Positions 9,620-20,200 of a DNA stretch of 32,000 nucleotides are shown piece by piece (within the stretch, counting starts at the first letter, position 1; every line of letters begins with the position of its first letter). Under the pieces are notes generated by a model. That model was not told where the DNA came from and did no database searches. It saw only the letters and a list, made by a program, of their open reading frames with translations. The DNA comes from Mycolicibacterium smegmatis (GTDB taxonomy: Bacteria > Actinomycetota > Actinomycetes > Mycobacteriales > Mycobacteriaceae). The position numbers and the translations under genes are program-made. The stretch lies in assembly GCF_001457595.1 (NCBI RefSeq), contig NZ_LN831039.1:6951268-6983267 (forward strand). The letters are read 5' to 3'.

Positions 9620-10969
9620 TTGTACTGTGGAGCGGGTTGCCGACCGCTGTCTGGACAGCCCCCCGAACAGGACGTGATCTTCGTGGTTGACGCTCGCGCG
9701 CCCATCGCCTTGTGGCGGTCGTTGCGGGCCATGACCGAGTTCCGCCGGTTGCTCGAATTGCGCGCGGTCAGCCAGTTCGGTGACGGCCTGTTCCAGGCCG
9801 GCCTGGCCGGGGCCATCCTGTTCAATGTCGAGCGCGCCGCGGGCCCGTGGCAGATCGCGGGTTCGTTCGCGGTGCTGTTCCTGCCGTACTCCGCACTCGG
9901 GCCGTTCGCGGGTGCGCTGCTGGACCGCTGGGACCGGCGTCTGGTGATGATCGGCGCGAACCTCGGGCGGCTGCTGCTCGTGGTGCTCGTGGGCGTGCTG
10001 CTGGCGCTCGGCGCCGGGGATCTGGAGATCCTGTGCTGCGCGCTGATCATCAACGGCTTCACGCGGTTCGTGTCCTCCGGTCTGTCGGCCGCGCTGCCCG
10101 ACGTCGTACCCCGCGGCCAGGTGGTGGCGATGAACTCGGTGGCCACCGCGACCGGGGCGGCCGCGGCGTTTCTCGGCGCCAACTTCATGCTGTTGCCGCG
10201 CTGGCTGTTCGGCGCGGGCGACGCCGGGGCCTCGGTGGTGATCTTCATCGTGCTGATCCCCGTCGCGCTCGCACTGTGGCTCTCGGTGCGGTTCGGCCCG
10301 CACGTGCTGGGCCCGCACGAGAGCAAGCGCGCGATCCACGGGTCGGTGGCCTATGCCGTGTCGACCGGCTGGCTGCACGGCGCCCGCACGGTCGCCTCGG
10401 TCCGCACGGTCGCCGCGACCCTGGGCGGACTGGCCGCGCACCGAGCGGCGTTCGGCATCAACACGCTCATCGTGCTGGTGCTCGTCCGGCACACCGACAC
10501 CCCGACCCAGGTCGCGGGTGTGGGCCTGGGCACGGCCGTGGTGTTCGTGGGGGCGACCGGTGCCGGGACCTTCCTGGCGACGCTGGTGATGCCTGCCGTC
10601 GTCGCGCGTTTCGGCCGCTACGCCACGGCCAACGGCGCGCTCGCGTTCGCCGCGCTGGTGCAGGCCGTCGCGCTGAGCCTGCATCTGCCCGTGATGCTGG
10701 TGTGCGGGTTCCTGCTGGGCGCGGCCGGCCAGTTCGTCAAACTGTGCGCCGACTCGGCGATGCAGATCGACGTCGACGACGCGCTGCGCGGGCACGTGTT
10801 CACGGTGCAGGACGCGCTGTTCTGGATGTCGTTCGTGTGCGCGATCGCCGTCGCGGCGCTTGTGATCGCGCCCGACGGGCATTCACCGGGCCTGGTCGCG
10901 GCGGGTTCGGTGATCTATCTGGCCGGTCTCGGCCTGCACGCCTTCGTCGCCTCCCCGCGGCGGGCCTGA
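9620..10969 (+). CDS. MFS-type integral membrane transporter (Rv0037c-like)
   Basis: Multiple TM helices. Contains [25 protein letters not shown] (MFS motif A region) and [40 protein letters not shown]. The exact start is uncertain; GTG 9674 and ATG 9731 are alternatives. Confidence 0.85.
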   Translation: MYCGAGCRPLSGQPPEQDVIFVVDARAPIALWRSLRAMTEFRRLLELRAVSQFGDGLFQAGLAGAILFNVERAAGPWQIAGSFAVLFLPYSALGPFAGALLDRWDRRLVMIGANLGRLLLVVLVGVLLALGAGDLEILCCALIINGFTRFVSSGLSAALPDVVPRGQVVAMNSVATATGAAAAFLGANFMLLPRWLFGAGDAGASVVIFIVLIPVALALWLSVRFGPHVLGPHESKRAIHGSVAYAVSTGWLHGARTVASVRTVAATLGGLAAHRAAFGINTLIVLVLVRHTDTPTQVAGVGLGTAVVFVGATGAGTFLATLVMPAVVARFGRYATANGALAFAALVQAVALSLHLPVMLVCGFLLGAAGQFVKLCADSAMQIDVDDALRGHVFTVQDALFWMSFVCAIAVAALVIAPDGHSPGLVAAGSVIYLAGLGLHAFVASPRRA

Positions 10970-10983
10970 TTACGCTGATCCGC

Positions 10984-11757
10984 ATGGCGGCGGAACCGAT
11001 CGTGGCTGATCTACGGGCCGAGAGCGACGCGCTGGACGCGCTGGTCGCCGACCTGCCCGAGGCGGCCTGGGCGACCGACACCCCGGCACAGGGCTGGACC
11101 ATCGCCCACCAGATCGGGCATCTGCTGTGGACCGATCAGATGGCGCTTCTCGCGGTCACCGACGAGGCGGGCTTCGCCGAGGCCGTCGCGCGGGCCGCGA
11201 CGCACCCGACGGGTTTCGTCGACGAGGGCGCCGCCGCACTCGCCGCGCTGCCCGCGGCGCAACTGCTCGCCGAGTGGCGCACCACGAGGGACCGGCTGCA
11301 CGACGCGCTGCTGGGCGTGGCCGACGGGCGCAAGCTGCCGTGGTTCGGCCCGCCCATGGCCGCTGGTTCGATGGCCACGGCCCGGCTCATGGAGACCTGG
11401 GCGCACGGTCTCGATGTGGCCGACGCGCTCGGGGTGCGCAGGCCCGCGACCGACCGACTGCGTTCGGTGGCCCACATCGGTGTTCGCACACGTGATTTCG
11501 CGTTCAGCGTGCACGGGTTGACCCCGCCGGCCGAGCCGTTCCGGGTGGAGTTGACCGGCCCTTCGGGTGAGCTGTGGGTGTGGGGACCCGAGGACGCCGC
11601 ACAACGCGTGACGGGTGTGGCCGAGGAATTCTGCATGCTGGTGACGCAGCGGCGGGCGCCGTCGCAGTTGGATGTGCACGCGACGGGTCCCGACGCGCAG
11701 ACGTGGCTGACCATCGCGCAGGCCTTCGCGGGGCCGCCGGGCGCCGGGCGGGGCTGA
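10984..11757 (+). CDS. TIGR03084-type protein, mycothiol-dependent maleylpyruvate isomerase-like metal-binding (DinB-fold) family (Rv0036c-like)
   Basis: ATG at 10984 gives 257 aa: [54 protein letters not shown]. The HxxH-type helix [15 protein letters not shown] and [15 protein letters not shown] are typical of the family. Confidence 0.85.
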   Translation: MAAEPIVADLRAESDALDALVADLPEAAWATDTPAQGWTIAHQIGHLLWTDQMALLAVTDEAGFAEAVARAATHPTGFVDEGAAALAALPAAQLLAEWRTTRDRLHDALLGVADGRKLPWFGPPMAAGSMATARLMETWAHGLDVADALGVRRPATDRLRSVAHIGVRTRDFAFSVHGLTPPAEPFRVELTGPSGELWVWGPEDAAQRVTGVAEEFCMLVTQRRAPSQLDVHATGPDAQTWLTIAQAFAGPPGAGRG

Positions 11758-11777
11758 CTCGGCTCGTCAGTTCGTTC

Positions 11778-11834
11778 GAGTGTTGGCTTGTGTGCGAACT
11801 TTTCGCGAGATCTCGCACACAAGCCAACACTCGG
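11778..11834. repeat. Perfect 21-bp inverted repeat with 15-nt spacer between two convergent genes
   Basis: CGAGTGTTGGCTTGTGTGCGA (11778-11798), acttttcgcgagatc, TCGCACACAAGCCAACACTCG (11814-11834). The right arm is the exact reverse complement of the left. A bidirectional terminator role is plausible. Confidence 0.9.
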
Positions 11835-11848
11835 CGCGGATAACGTGC

Positions 11849-12346
11849 CTAGAGAGGGGCGGCGGAATCGGCGCGGCCGTCACCGTCGGAGTCGACGAGC
11901 CTGAGGTCCCAGCGGCCGTCGCGGTCGGTGTCGACGTGCGCCGAACCGTCGGAGTGCACCTGGTCGGCCAGCCCGTCGCCGTCGGTGTCGACCAGCCGGT
12001 CGTCGACCGCACCGTCGGCATCGAAGTCCACCAATACACCTGTGCTGCTTGTGTTTTCCACACCGTCGAGGCCGAACCAGCGGATCTGGCGGTCGACGCT
12101 CACCGCCCACGTACCTGAGCCGTCGTCGGTGTAGTAGCTCTCGGCGTGGCCGTCGTCGTCGAGGTCACGCAGCAGATGGTCGGCCACACCGTCGTCGTCG
12201 AGATCGGCGAGCACGTCGTCGGTGCGTCCGTCGCCGTCGAAGTCGAGGCCGACGCCGTCGGGGACGCCGTCACCGTCGGTGTCGATCGCGGGCGGCGCGG
12301 TCCACATGGTGGCCGTGCCGTCGGGGTCACCCAGGCAGTAATCCAT
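11849..12346 (-). CDS. DxDxDG calcium-binding-like repeat protein (EF-hand/thrombospondin type 3-like), possibly Rv3906c-like
   Basis: 165 aa with eight loops: DTDGDGVPD, DFDGDGRTD, DLDDDGVAD, DLDDDGHAE, DFDADGAVD, DTDGDGLAD, DTDRDGRWD, DSDGDGRAD. No signal peptide is visible. It lies 18 bp downstream of pcnA on the same strand. Confidence 0.8.
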   Translation of the reverse strand: MDYCLGDPDGTATMWTAPPAIDTDGDGVPDGVGLDFDGDGRTDDVLADLDDDGVADHLLRDLDDDGHAESYYTDDGSGTWAVSVDRQIRWFGLDGVENTSSTGVLVDFDADGAVDDRLVDTDGDGLADQVHSDGSAHVDTDRDGRWDLRLVDSDGDGRADSAAPL

Positions 12347-12364
12347 GACTGATTCGACGCACGA

Positions 12365-13807
12365 TCAGCCTCTCGCGTTCCACCATTTCAGCAATTCGTC
12401 GACGGCCTCGTCGTGGCTCAGCGGCCCGCGCTCCAGGCGCAGCTCCTTGAGGTACTTCCACGCCTCGCCGACCTGCGGGCCGGGCGGGATGCCGAGGATC
12501 TGCATGATCTCGTTGCCGTCCAGGTCAGGACGCACCCGCTGCAGATCCTCTTTCGCCGCGAGTTCGGCGATACGGGCCTCGAGATCGTCGTAGTTGGCAC
12601 GCAACCGCGCGGCGCGGCGCTTGTTGCGGGTCGTGCAGTCGGCGCGGACCAGCTTGTGCAGCCGGCTCAGCAGCGGACCCGCATCGGTGACGTAGCGGCG
12701 CACGGCCGAGTCGGTCCACTTGCCGTCGCCGTACCCGTGGAACCGCAGATGCAGATAGACCAGCTGCGAGACGTCCTCGACCATCTGCTTGGAGTACTTC
12801 AGCGCCCGCATGCGCTTGCGGACCATCTTGGCGCCCACCACCTCGTGGTGGTGAAAGCTCACTCCCCCGTCCGGCTCGTGCTTGCGCGTGGCGGGCTTGC
12901 CGATGTCGTGCAGCAGTGCGGCCCACCGCAACACCAGGTCCGGACCGTCGTCCTCGAGGTCGATCGCCTGGCGCAGCACGGTCAGCGAGTGCCAGTACAC
13001 GTCCTTGTGCTGGTGATGTTCGTCGATCGCCATACGCATCTCGCCGACCTCGGGCAGCACCACCGCGCCCATGCCGGTCTGCACCATGAGGTCGATGCCC
13101 GCGACCGGGTCGGCGCCCAGCAGCAGCTTGTCGAGTTCGGCCGCGACGCGTTCGGCCGTGATCCGCTCCAGTTGTGGCGCCATCTCGATGAGCGCCTCGA
13201 GCACGCGCGGCGCGACCGAGAACCCCAGTTGTGAGACGAACCTCGCCGCACGGAGCATGCGCAGCGGATCGTCACCGAACGACACCTCCGGCGCCGACGG
13301 GGTGTCGAGCACCTTGTCGCGCGCGGCCGCGAGCCCGCCGAGCGGATCGTGGAACTCGCCCGGCCCGTCGGCCGTGATGCGCACCGCCATGGCGTTGATC
13401 GTGAAGTCACGACGCACCAGGTCGTCGCCGAGGTTGTCACCGAACTCGACCGTGGGGTTGCGCGACACCTGGTCGTAGCTGTCGGCGCGGAACGTCGTGA
13501 TCTCGAGGCGGTCGTCGCCCTTGCCGACGCCGATGGTGCCGAACTCGATGCCGGTGTCCCACAGCGCGTCGGACCAGCCGCGCAGGAATTTCTGCATCTG
13601 CTCGGGGCGCGCGTCGGTGGTGAAGTCGAGGTCGCTGTTCTCGGTGAGCCTGCCGAGCAGCGCGTCGCGCACACTCCCGCCCACCAGGTACAGCTCGTGG
13701 CCTGCGGCAGCGAACACCGCGCCGAGCTCGCGCAGGACCCCGGCGCGGCGGTTCAACGCAACCAGCGCACCGGCCAGCAGTTCGGCAGTAGCAGCAGCTT
13801 CGGGCAC
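12365..13807 (-). CDS. pcnA: CCA tRNA nucleotidyltransferase / poly(A) polymerase family
   Basis: LYLVGGSVRDALLGRLTENSDLDFTTDA (GGxxRD and DxD), RRDFTINAMAV, and the HD domain RWAALLHDIGKPATRK. GTG start at 13807 gives VPEAAATAELLAGALVALN, 480 aa. Confidence 0.95.
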   Translation of the reverse strand: MPEAAATAELLAGALVALNRRAGVLRELGAVFAAAGHELYLVGGSVRDALLGRLTENSDLDFTTDARPEQMQKFLRGWSDALWDTGIEFGTIGVGKGDDRLEITTFRADSYDQVSRNPTVEFGDNLGDDLVRRDFTINAMAVRITADGPGEFHDPLGGLAAARDKVLDTPSAPEVSFGDDPLRMLRAARFVSQLGFSVAPRVLEALIEMAPQLERITAERVAAELDKLLLGADPVAGIDLMVQTGMGAVVLPEVGEMRMAIDEHHQHKDVYWHSLTVLRQAIDLEDDGPDLVLRWAALLHDIGKPATRKHEPDGGVSFHHHEVVGAKMVRKRMRALKYSKQMVEDVSQLVYLHLRFHGYGDGKWTDSAVRRYVTDAGPLLSRLHKLVRADCTTRNKRRAARLRANYDDLEARIAELAAKEDLQRVRPDLDGNEIMQILGIPPGPQVGEAWKYLKELRLERGPLSHDEAVDELLKWWNARG

Positions 13808-13891
13808 GTTCGATGAGCCTAATGCGCGCCGCGCACGCGCTACCGGCGAGTGCGGCAGGAGCCGACCCGCGTGGCAGCTACTATCGCTTGG

Positions 13892-14785
13892 GTGTCCGAC
13901 GGCGAACAGGCCAAACCACGACGACGCCGAGGCCGGCGCCGTGGTCATCGCCGTGCGCAACGGGCAGCAGGCCCACCCGCCGCAGGTGCCGAGCATCACA
14001 CCGAACCCGCGGCGGACGCGCGCACCGAGAGCCGTGCCGACACCCGTTCCGACACCTCGTCCGCGCCGACGCCCGCCACGCAACCAGGTGAGAAGAAACC
14101 CGGCCCAGGCCGTGGCTCGCGTGCCGGCGCCGCCAAACCGACACCCAAGGACCAGCCCAAGCAGCGCAAGAACCGGCCACGCCGGCCACCGGACCGGTTG
14201 CGCACCGTGCACGAGACGTCGGCAGGCGGTCTGGTCATCGACGGCATCGACGGCCCCAAGGATTCGCAGGTCGCGGCGCTGATCGGGCGGCTCGACCGGC
14301 GCGGCCGCATGCTGTGGTCGCTGCCCAAGGGCCACATCGAACTCGGCGAGACCGCCGAGCAGACCGCGATCCGCGAGGTGGCCGAGGAGACCGGGATCCA
14401 GGGCAGCGTGCTGGCCGCGCTCGGCAGCATCGACTACTGGTTCGTCACCGAGGGCCGTCGCGTGCACAAGACCGTGCACCACTACCTCATGCGCTTCTTG
14501 GGCGGTGAGCTCTCCGACGACGACGTCGAGGTCACCGAGGTCGCCTGGGTGCCGCTGCGCGAACTGCCCTCCCGCCTGGCGTACGCCGACGAGCGCAGGC
14601 TGGCCGAAGTGGCCGGCGAGCTGATCGACAAGCTGCACACCGGTGGTCCGGCGGCCCTGCCGCCGCTGCCCCACAGTGCGCCGCGGCGACGCGCACAGAC
14701 GCATTCCCACACCCGCAACCGCCGCGACGACACAGCTCAGCCCCAGGCCCGCCGGCGCACGAACGGATGCGGACAGGGACCGTGA
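13892..14785 (+). CDS. mutT4: NUDIX hydrolase, MutT4-like, with long basic N-terminal extension
   Basis: GTG start [26 protein letters not shown] box [25 protein letters not shown] (GX5EX7REUXEEXGU). Confidence 0.9.
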   Translation: MSDGEQAKPRRRRGRRRGHRRAQRAAGPPAAGAEHHTEPAADARTESRADTRSDTSSAPTPATQPGEKKPGPGRGSRAGAAKPTPKDQPKQRKNRPRRPPDRLRTVHETSAGGLVIDGIDGPKDSQVAALIGRLDRRGRMLWSLPKGHIELGETAEQTAIREVAEETGIQGSVLAALGSIDYWFVTEGRRVHKTVHHYLMRFLGGELSDDDVEVTEVAWVPLRELPSRLAYADERRLAEVAGELIDKLHTGGPAALPPLPHSAPRRRAQTHSHTRNRRDDTAQPQARRRTNGCGQGP

Positions 14786-17208
14786 CCCGGGCCGGCTACA
14801 GGGTCGTGCGGGTCCTGCTGGTGACGGCGATCGTTGCACTGCTGACGATGATCGTCGGCCCACCCGATCTGCTGCCGCGCGCCGCGGCACACACCGACGA
14901 GGCGCGGTTCCTCCAGATCCACATCGACCGGATCTCACCGGACCTCGTCACCACGACGAGCGACTCGACCGTCACCGTGAGCGGCGTCGTACAGAACGTC
15001 GGCGACCGCCCCGTGCGCGACGTCGTCATCCGGATGGAGCACGCCCGCGCGGTGACCTCGTCGACGCAGCTGCGCACCGACCTGAGCGGCAACCTGGACC
15101 AGTTCGAACCGGTCGCCGAGTTCGTCACGGTCGCCACCGAGATGCAGCGCGGGCAGTCCGTCCCGTTCACGCTGTCGTATCCCCTGCGGGCAGGCGACCG
15201 CCCCTCACTCGGTGTGCAACAGCCCGGTGTGTACCCCGTGCTGATCAACGTCAACGGCACACCCGACTACGGCGCCCCGGCCCGCCTCGACGACGCACGG
15301 TTTCTGCTGCCGGTCCTCGGCGTCCCGCCCGACCAGCCGACCGAGGCCGCATCGGCCGCCGACAACCTCAACTCCGTGGTCCCGCCGGACACGTCCGACC
15401 CCGTGCAGCTGACCGTGCTGTGGCCACTGGCCGACCGGCCGCGGCTCGCGGCGGGCGCGCCCGGCGGCACCACCCCGGTGCGGCTGGTCGACGACGAACT
15501 CGCCACCGAGCTGGCACCCGGCGGGCGTCTGGACACGCTGCTCTCGGCGGTGGACTTCGCGACCGGCCCGACCGTCGACTCCTCGGGTCAGGTGCGCGCG
15601 GCGCTGTGCCTCGCGGTGGACCCGGACCTGCTGGTCACCGTCAACGCGATGACCGCGGGTTACGTCGTCAACGACGGACCCGATGCCGGACGGTTCACGC
15701 CCACACGTCCCGGCGCCGGGCAGGAGGCCGCGATCGCGTGGCTCAACCGGCTGCGCGGGCTGGCCCAGCGCATGTGCGTCGCCCCGACCACCTACGCCCA
15801 GGCCGACCTCGCGGCGCTGCACCGCGTCGGCGACCGCGGGCTCAGCGCGATCGCCACCACGAGCCCCGCCGACATCGTCGACCGGATCCTCGGCGTCCGG
15901 ACCATCCGCGGCGCCACGCTCGTCGGCGACGGTCCCCTGACCCGGCCCGCCCTCGACCTGCTCACGTCGCAGGGCAACCGGACCGTGGCGATCGGGGCCA
16001 CCCCCGTCTCCACTGAGGAGACCGGTACGCCGCAGAGCGCCGACCTCACGCCGCTGCGCTACAGCCCGACCGTGTCGGTGGCGCCTTTCGACCCGGCGGT
16101 CGGTGCGGCCCTGGCCGGTGCGGGCACCGATCCGGTTTCGCCGTCCTACCTGGACCCCTCGCTGGACATCCCCGTCGACCACGACTCGCAGATCGCGCGA
16201 CGGCAGTCGGCACTGGGCGCCCTGCTGTGGCGCGGGCTGTCCCCCGAGCTCACCCCGCGCACGCAGATCGTCATGCCGCCGCTGGTGTGGAGCCTGGGGC
16301 CCGATGATGCGCAGGCCATCCTCACCACCATCGCGACGACGATCCACGCGGGGCTGGCCGTGCCCCGTCCGCTCGGTGCCGTGATCGCGCAGGGCGACGC
16401 GCTGCCCGCCGAACCGGCACAACCGGCACCCGAGGCGTTCGGCAATCCGGCCGGCCGCTTCGACGACGACATCATCGGCGGCATCGCGGGCGTGACGGGC
16501 CGGTTGTGGGGTCTGACATCGGCGCTGACCACCGATGAACGCACCGGCCTGACCGGCGTGCAGTACACCGCGCCGCTGCGGGAGGACATGCTGCGCGCGC
16601 TGAGCCAGTCGGTGCCGGCCGCGGCCCGCAACGCCGAGGCACGCCAGCGTCTGGGCACGGTGGTGCGCAGCGTCAACGACATGTTCGCCGCGGTCACGGT
16701 CGTCAACCCGGGCGGCGCCTACACGCTGGCCACCGAACGCAGCCCGTTGCCGATGGCGCTGCGCAACGACCTCCCGGTGCCCATCCGGGTGCGCCTGCAC
16801 ATCAACGCACCGCCGGGCATGACGGTCACCGACATGGGCGAGATCGAGCTGCCGCCCGGCTACCTACCGCTGCGCGTGCCCATCGAGGTGCACTTCACGC
16901 AACGCGTCGCCGTCGACGTCACCCTGCAGACCGTCGACGGGCTCCCCCTCGGCGAGCCCGTCCGGTTGTCGGTGCACTCCAACGCCTACGGCAAGGTGCT
17001 GTTCTTCATCACGCTGTCGGCCGGTGCCGTGCTGTTCCTGCTCGCGGGCCGGCGGCTGTGGCACCGGTTCCGCGGCCAGCCCGACCGCGCCGACCTGACC
17101 CCGCCCGGCGAGCACCACGACCCGCTGGAGGTCGCGCTGGCGTTCGGCGAGGCCGACACGTCGAACACCCCGGACGCCGCCGACACCCCCGCGGACGGGC
17201 GGCGATGA
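14767..17208 (+). CDS. Conserved secreted/membrane protein (Rv3909-like)
   Basis: 813 aa with N-terminal signal/TM ([22 protein letters not shown]) and C-terminal TM ([25 protein letters not shown]). An alternative GTG start at 14782 overlaps the mutT4-like stop as GTGA. It lies between mutT4 and murJ, as in M. tuberculosis. Confidence 0.88.
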   Translation: MRTGTVTRAGYRVVRVLLVTAIVALLTMIVGPPDLLPRAAAHTDEARFLQIHIDRISPDLVTTTSDSTVTVSGVVQNVGDRPVRDVVIRMEHARAVTSSTQLRTDLSGNLDQFEPVAEFVTVATEMQRGQSVPFTLSYPLRAGDRPSLGVQQPGVYPVLINVNGTPDYGAPARLDDARFLLPVLGVPPDQPTEAASAADNLNSVVPPDTSDPVQLTVLWPLADRPRLAAGAPGGTTPVRLVDDELATELAPGGRLDTLLSAVDFATGPTVDSSGQVRAALCLAVDPDLLVTVNAMTAGYVVNDGPDAGRFTPTRPGAGQEAAIAWLNRLRGLAQRMCVAPTTYAQADLAALHRVGDRGLSAIATTSPADIVDRILGVRTIRGATLVGDGPLTRPALDLLTSQGNRTVAIGATPVSTEETGTPQSADLTPLRYSPTVSVAPFDPAVGAALAGAGTDPVSPSYLDPSLDIPVDHDSQIARRQSALGALLWRGLSPELTPRTQIVMPPLVWSLGPDDAQAILTTIATTIHAGLAVPRPLGAVIAQGDALPAEPAQPAPEAFGNPAGRFDDDIIGGIAGVTGRLWGLTSALTTDERTGLTGVQYTAPLREDMLRALSQSVPAAARNAEARQRLGTVVRSVNDMFAAVTVVNPGGAYTLATERSPLPMALRNDLPVPIRVRLHINAPPGMTVTDMGEIELPPGYLPLRVPIEVHFTQRVAVDVTLQTVDGLPLGEPVRLSVHSNAYGKVLFFITLSAGAVLFLLAGRRLWHRFRGQPDRADLTPPGEHHDPLEVALAFGEADTSNTPDAADTPADGRR

Positions 17209-20200
17209 ACGCAACCCAGCCGCAGCGCCCGCCCGGGCCGCGGCGTCTTCCGCGCGGACCCGCGCCCCGCCGCAGGGCCGGGCAGGAGGAACTCTCCGAC
17301 GCCGCGGTGGTGTCGCGCTCGTGGGGTATGGCGATGGCCACCCTGATCAGCCGCATCACCGGGTTCATCCGGATCGTGCTGCTGGCCGCCATCCTCGGCG
17401 CGGCGCTGTCCAGCGCGTTCTCGGTGGCCAACCAGCTGCCCAACCTCATCGCGGCGCTGGTGCTCGAGGCGACCTTCACCGCGATCTTCGTGCCGGTGCT
17501 GGCCCGCGCCGAGCGCGACGACCCCGACGGCGGGGCGGCGTTCGTGCGCAGGCTCGTCACGCTGGTCACCACGCTGCTGCTGGTGACGACGCTCGTGTCG
17601 GTGGCCGCGGCCCCGGCGCTGGTGCGGTTGATGCTGGGCGACGACCCCCAGGTCAACGAGCCGCTCACCACGGCATTCGCCTACCTGCTGCTGCCGCAGG
17701 TGCTGTTCTACGGGTTGTCGTCGGTGTTCATGGCGATCCTCAACACGCGCAACGTGTTCGGCCCGCCCGCGTGGGCACCTGTGCTCAACAACGTCGTCGC
17801 GATCGCCACGCTCGGCGCGTACCTGCTGGTCCCGGGGGAACTGTCGGTCGACCCGGTGCAGATGGGCAACGCCAAGCTGCTGGTGCTGGGCGTCGGCACC
17901 ACGCTGGGTGTGGTCGCCCAGTGTTCGGTGCTGCTGCCCGCGATCCGCCGGGAACGCATCAGCCTGCGGCCCCTGTGGGGCATCGACGACCGGCTCAAGA
18001 AGTTCGGGGCGATGGCCGCCGCGATGGTGCTCTACGTGCTGATCAGCCAGATCGGGCTGGTGGTGGGCAACCAGATCGCCAGCGGCGCGGCCGCCTCGGG
18101 CCCGGCGATCTACAACTACGCGTGGCTGGTGCTGCAGCTGCCGTTCGGGATGATCGGCGTGACCGTGCTGACCGTGGTGATGCCGCGGCTGAGCCGCAAC
18201 GCCGCCAAGAACGACATCCCCGCCGTGCTGGGCGATCTGTCACTCGCGACGCGGCTCACGATGATCACGCTGATCCCGATCGTCGCGCTCATGACCGTCG
18301 GCGGACCGGCGATCGGCACCGCGCTGTTCGCGTACGGCAACTTCGGCCGGGTCGACGCCGGCTACCTGGGCCTGGCGATCTCGCTGTCGGCGTTCACCCT
18401 GATCCCGTATGCGCTGGTGCTGTTGCAGCTGCGGGTGTTCTACGCCAGGGAGCGCGCCTGGACACCGATCATCGTCATCATCGTGATCACGGTCGTGAAG
18501 ATCGCCGGATCGGTGGCCGCACCCCATCTGACGAACAACCCCGAAATGGTCGCGGGATATCTGGGTGCGGCCAACGGGCTGGGCTTCATGGCGGGCGCGA
18601 TCGTGGGCCACGTCCTGTTGCGCGCCAACCTCGACCCGCCCGGCGGACGGCTCGTGAGCCTCACGGTGGTGCGCACCATCCTGGTCACGATCACCGCGTC
18701 GCTACTGGCGGTGCTCGTCGCCGTGGTCGTCGATCAGCTACTGGGGGTGGAACAGCTGACCGTTCGCTTCGGCGCGGGCGGTTCGATGATCCGCCTCGTC
18801 GTGCTGGGGCTGATCATGCTCCCGATCATTGCTGGCGTGTTGATCGCGGCGAAAGTGCCCGAGGCACAGGCCGCGATCCGCGTCGTCCGCGGGCGGCTGG
18901 GCCGCTTCGGCGGCAAAGAAACCTCCGCCGTTGACGCCGCCGAAAAGGTAGCCCTGCAAACTAACGGTCCTGCTGTCCCGCCTCGGACCGCTGGTGCGGT
19001 CACGTACCCTGATCAGAGGAATTCTTCTCCCCACCGGGGGCCGACCACCCCGGCTCCCGGCTGGGTAGGGGCTCCGGCCTCCGTTGCCGGAGCGGGGACT
19101 CGGAAAGGATCACCGGTGACCGACGAATCTGCGGGCGGCCCGGCACTTGACGGGACCGCGACCACCAAGCTGCCCCGCCAGGCGCCCGACGATTTCCAGC
19201 CCGATGTCGCCGACGACGAGAGCGAGGCCGCGGGCGCGGAGCCGACCGTCGAGGAGACCGTCTCGCTGCCGAACGGTTCCGGGCGTCCGCCCGCCGATTA
19301 CGGCGGCGACCCCACGCGTGAACCGATCTCCTTCGCCCCGCCGCGTGAGCCTGCCGTCGAATCCGCGACCTCAGGTGATGACGTCCACCTGATCCCTGGC
19401 GCGACCATCGCCGACGGCCGCTACCGCCTGTTGGTGTTCCACGGCGGCCCGCCGCATCTGCAGTTCTGGCAGGCCCTGGACACCGCGCTGGACCGCCAGG
19501 TGGCGCTGACGTTCGTCGATCCCGACGCCAAACTGCCGGATTCCCAGGTGCAGGACATCCTGTCGCGCACGCTCAAGCTCAGCCGGCTCGACGTGCCGGG
19601 CATCGCCCGGGTGCTCGACGTGGCCCACAGCGGATCCGGCGGGCTCATCGTCTCGGAGTGGATCCGCGGTGGATCGCTGGCAGAGGTCGCCGACACCGCG
19701 CCGTCGCCGATCGGTGGCGCCCGCGCGATCCAGTCGCTGGCCGCGGCCGCCGAGGCCGCGCACCGCGCGGGGGTGGCCCTGTCGATCGACCATCCCAGCC
19801 GCGTGCGCGTGAGCATCGAGGGCGACGTCGCCCTCGCCTTCCCCGCGACGCTGCCCGACGCCACACCCGACGACGACATCCGCGGTATCGGCGCGGCGCT
19901 GTATGCGCTGCTGGTCAACCGGTGGCCGCTGCCCGAGTCCGGAGAGCCCAGCGGCCTCGAACCCGCAGCGCTCGACGCGGCCGGTCAACCGGTCGAACCG
20001 CGCGCCGTCGACCGCGACATCCCGTTCCAGATCTCGGCCGCCGCGGCCAGGGCCGTGCAGCCCGGCGGCGGCATCCGCAGCGCGCCGACACTGCTGAACC
20101 TGCTGCAGCAGGCCACCGCGATCGCCGACCGCACCGAACTTCTCGAATCGGTCGAACAGACGCCCGCCGCAGCCGCCGCGACCCCGCACACCGACGGCGC

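Noticed and set aside
9847-11757. 636-aa ORF read as one protein
   Set aside because: The first ~380 residues are an off-frame shadow of the MFS gene. Only the part from 10984 is a recognisable protein.
12365-14938. 857-aa reading of the pcnA frame
   Set aside because: The N-terminal ~377 residues are an artefact running antisense through the NUDIX gene. The PcnA protein begins near 13807.
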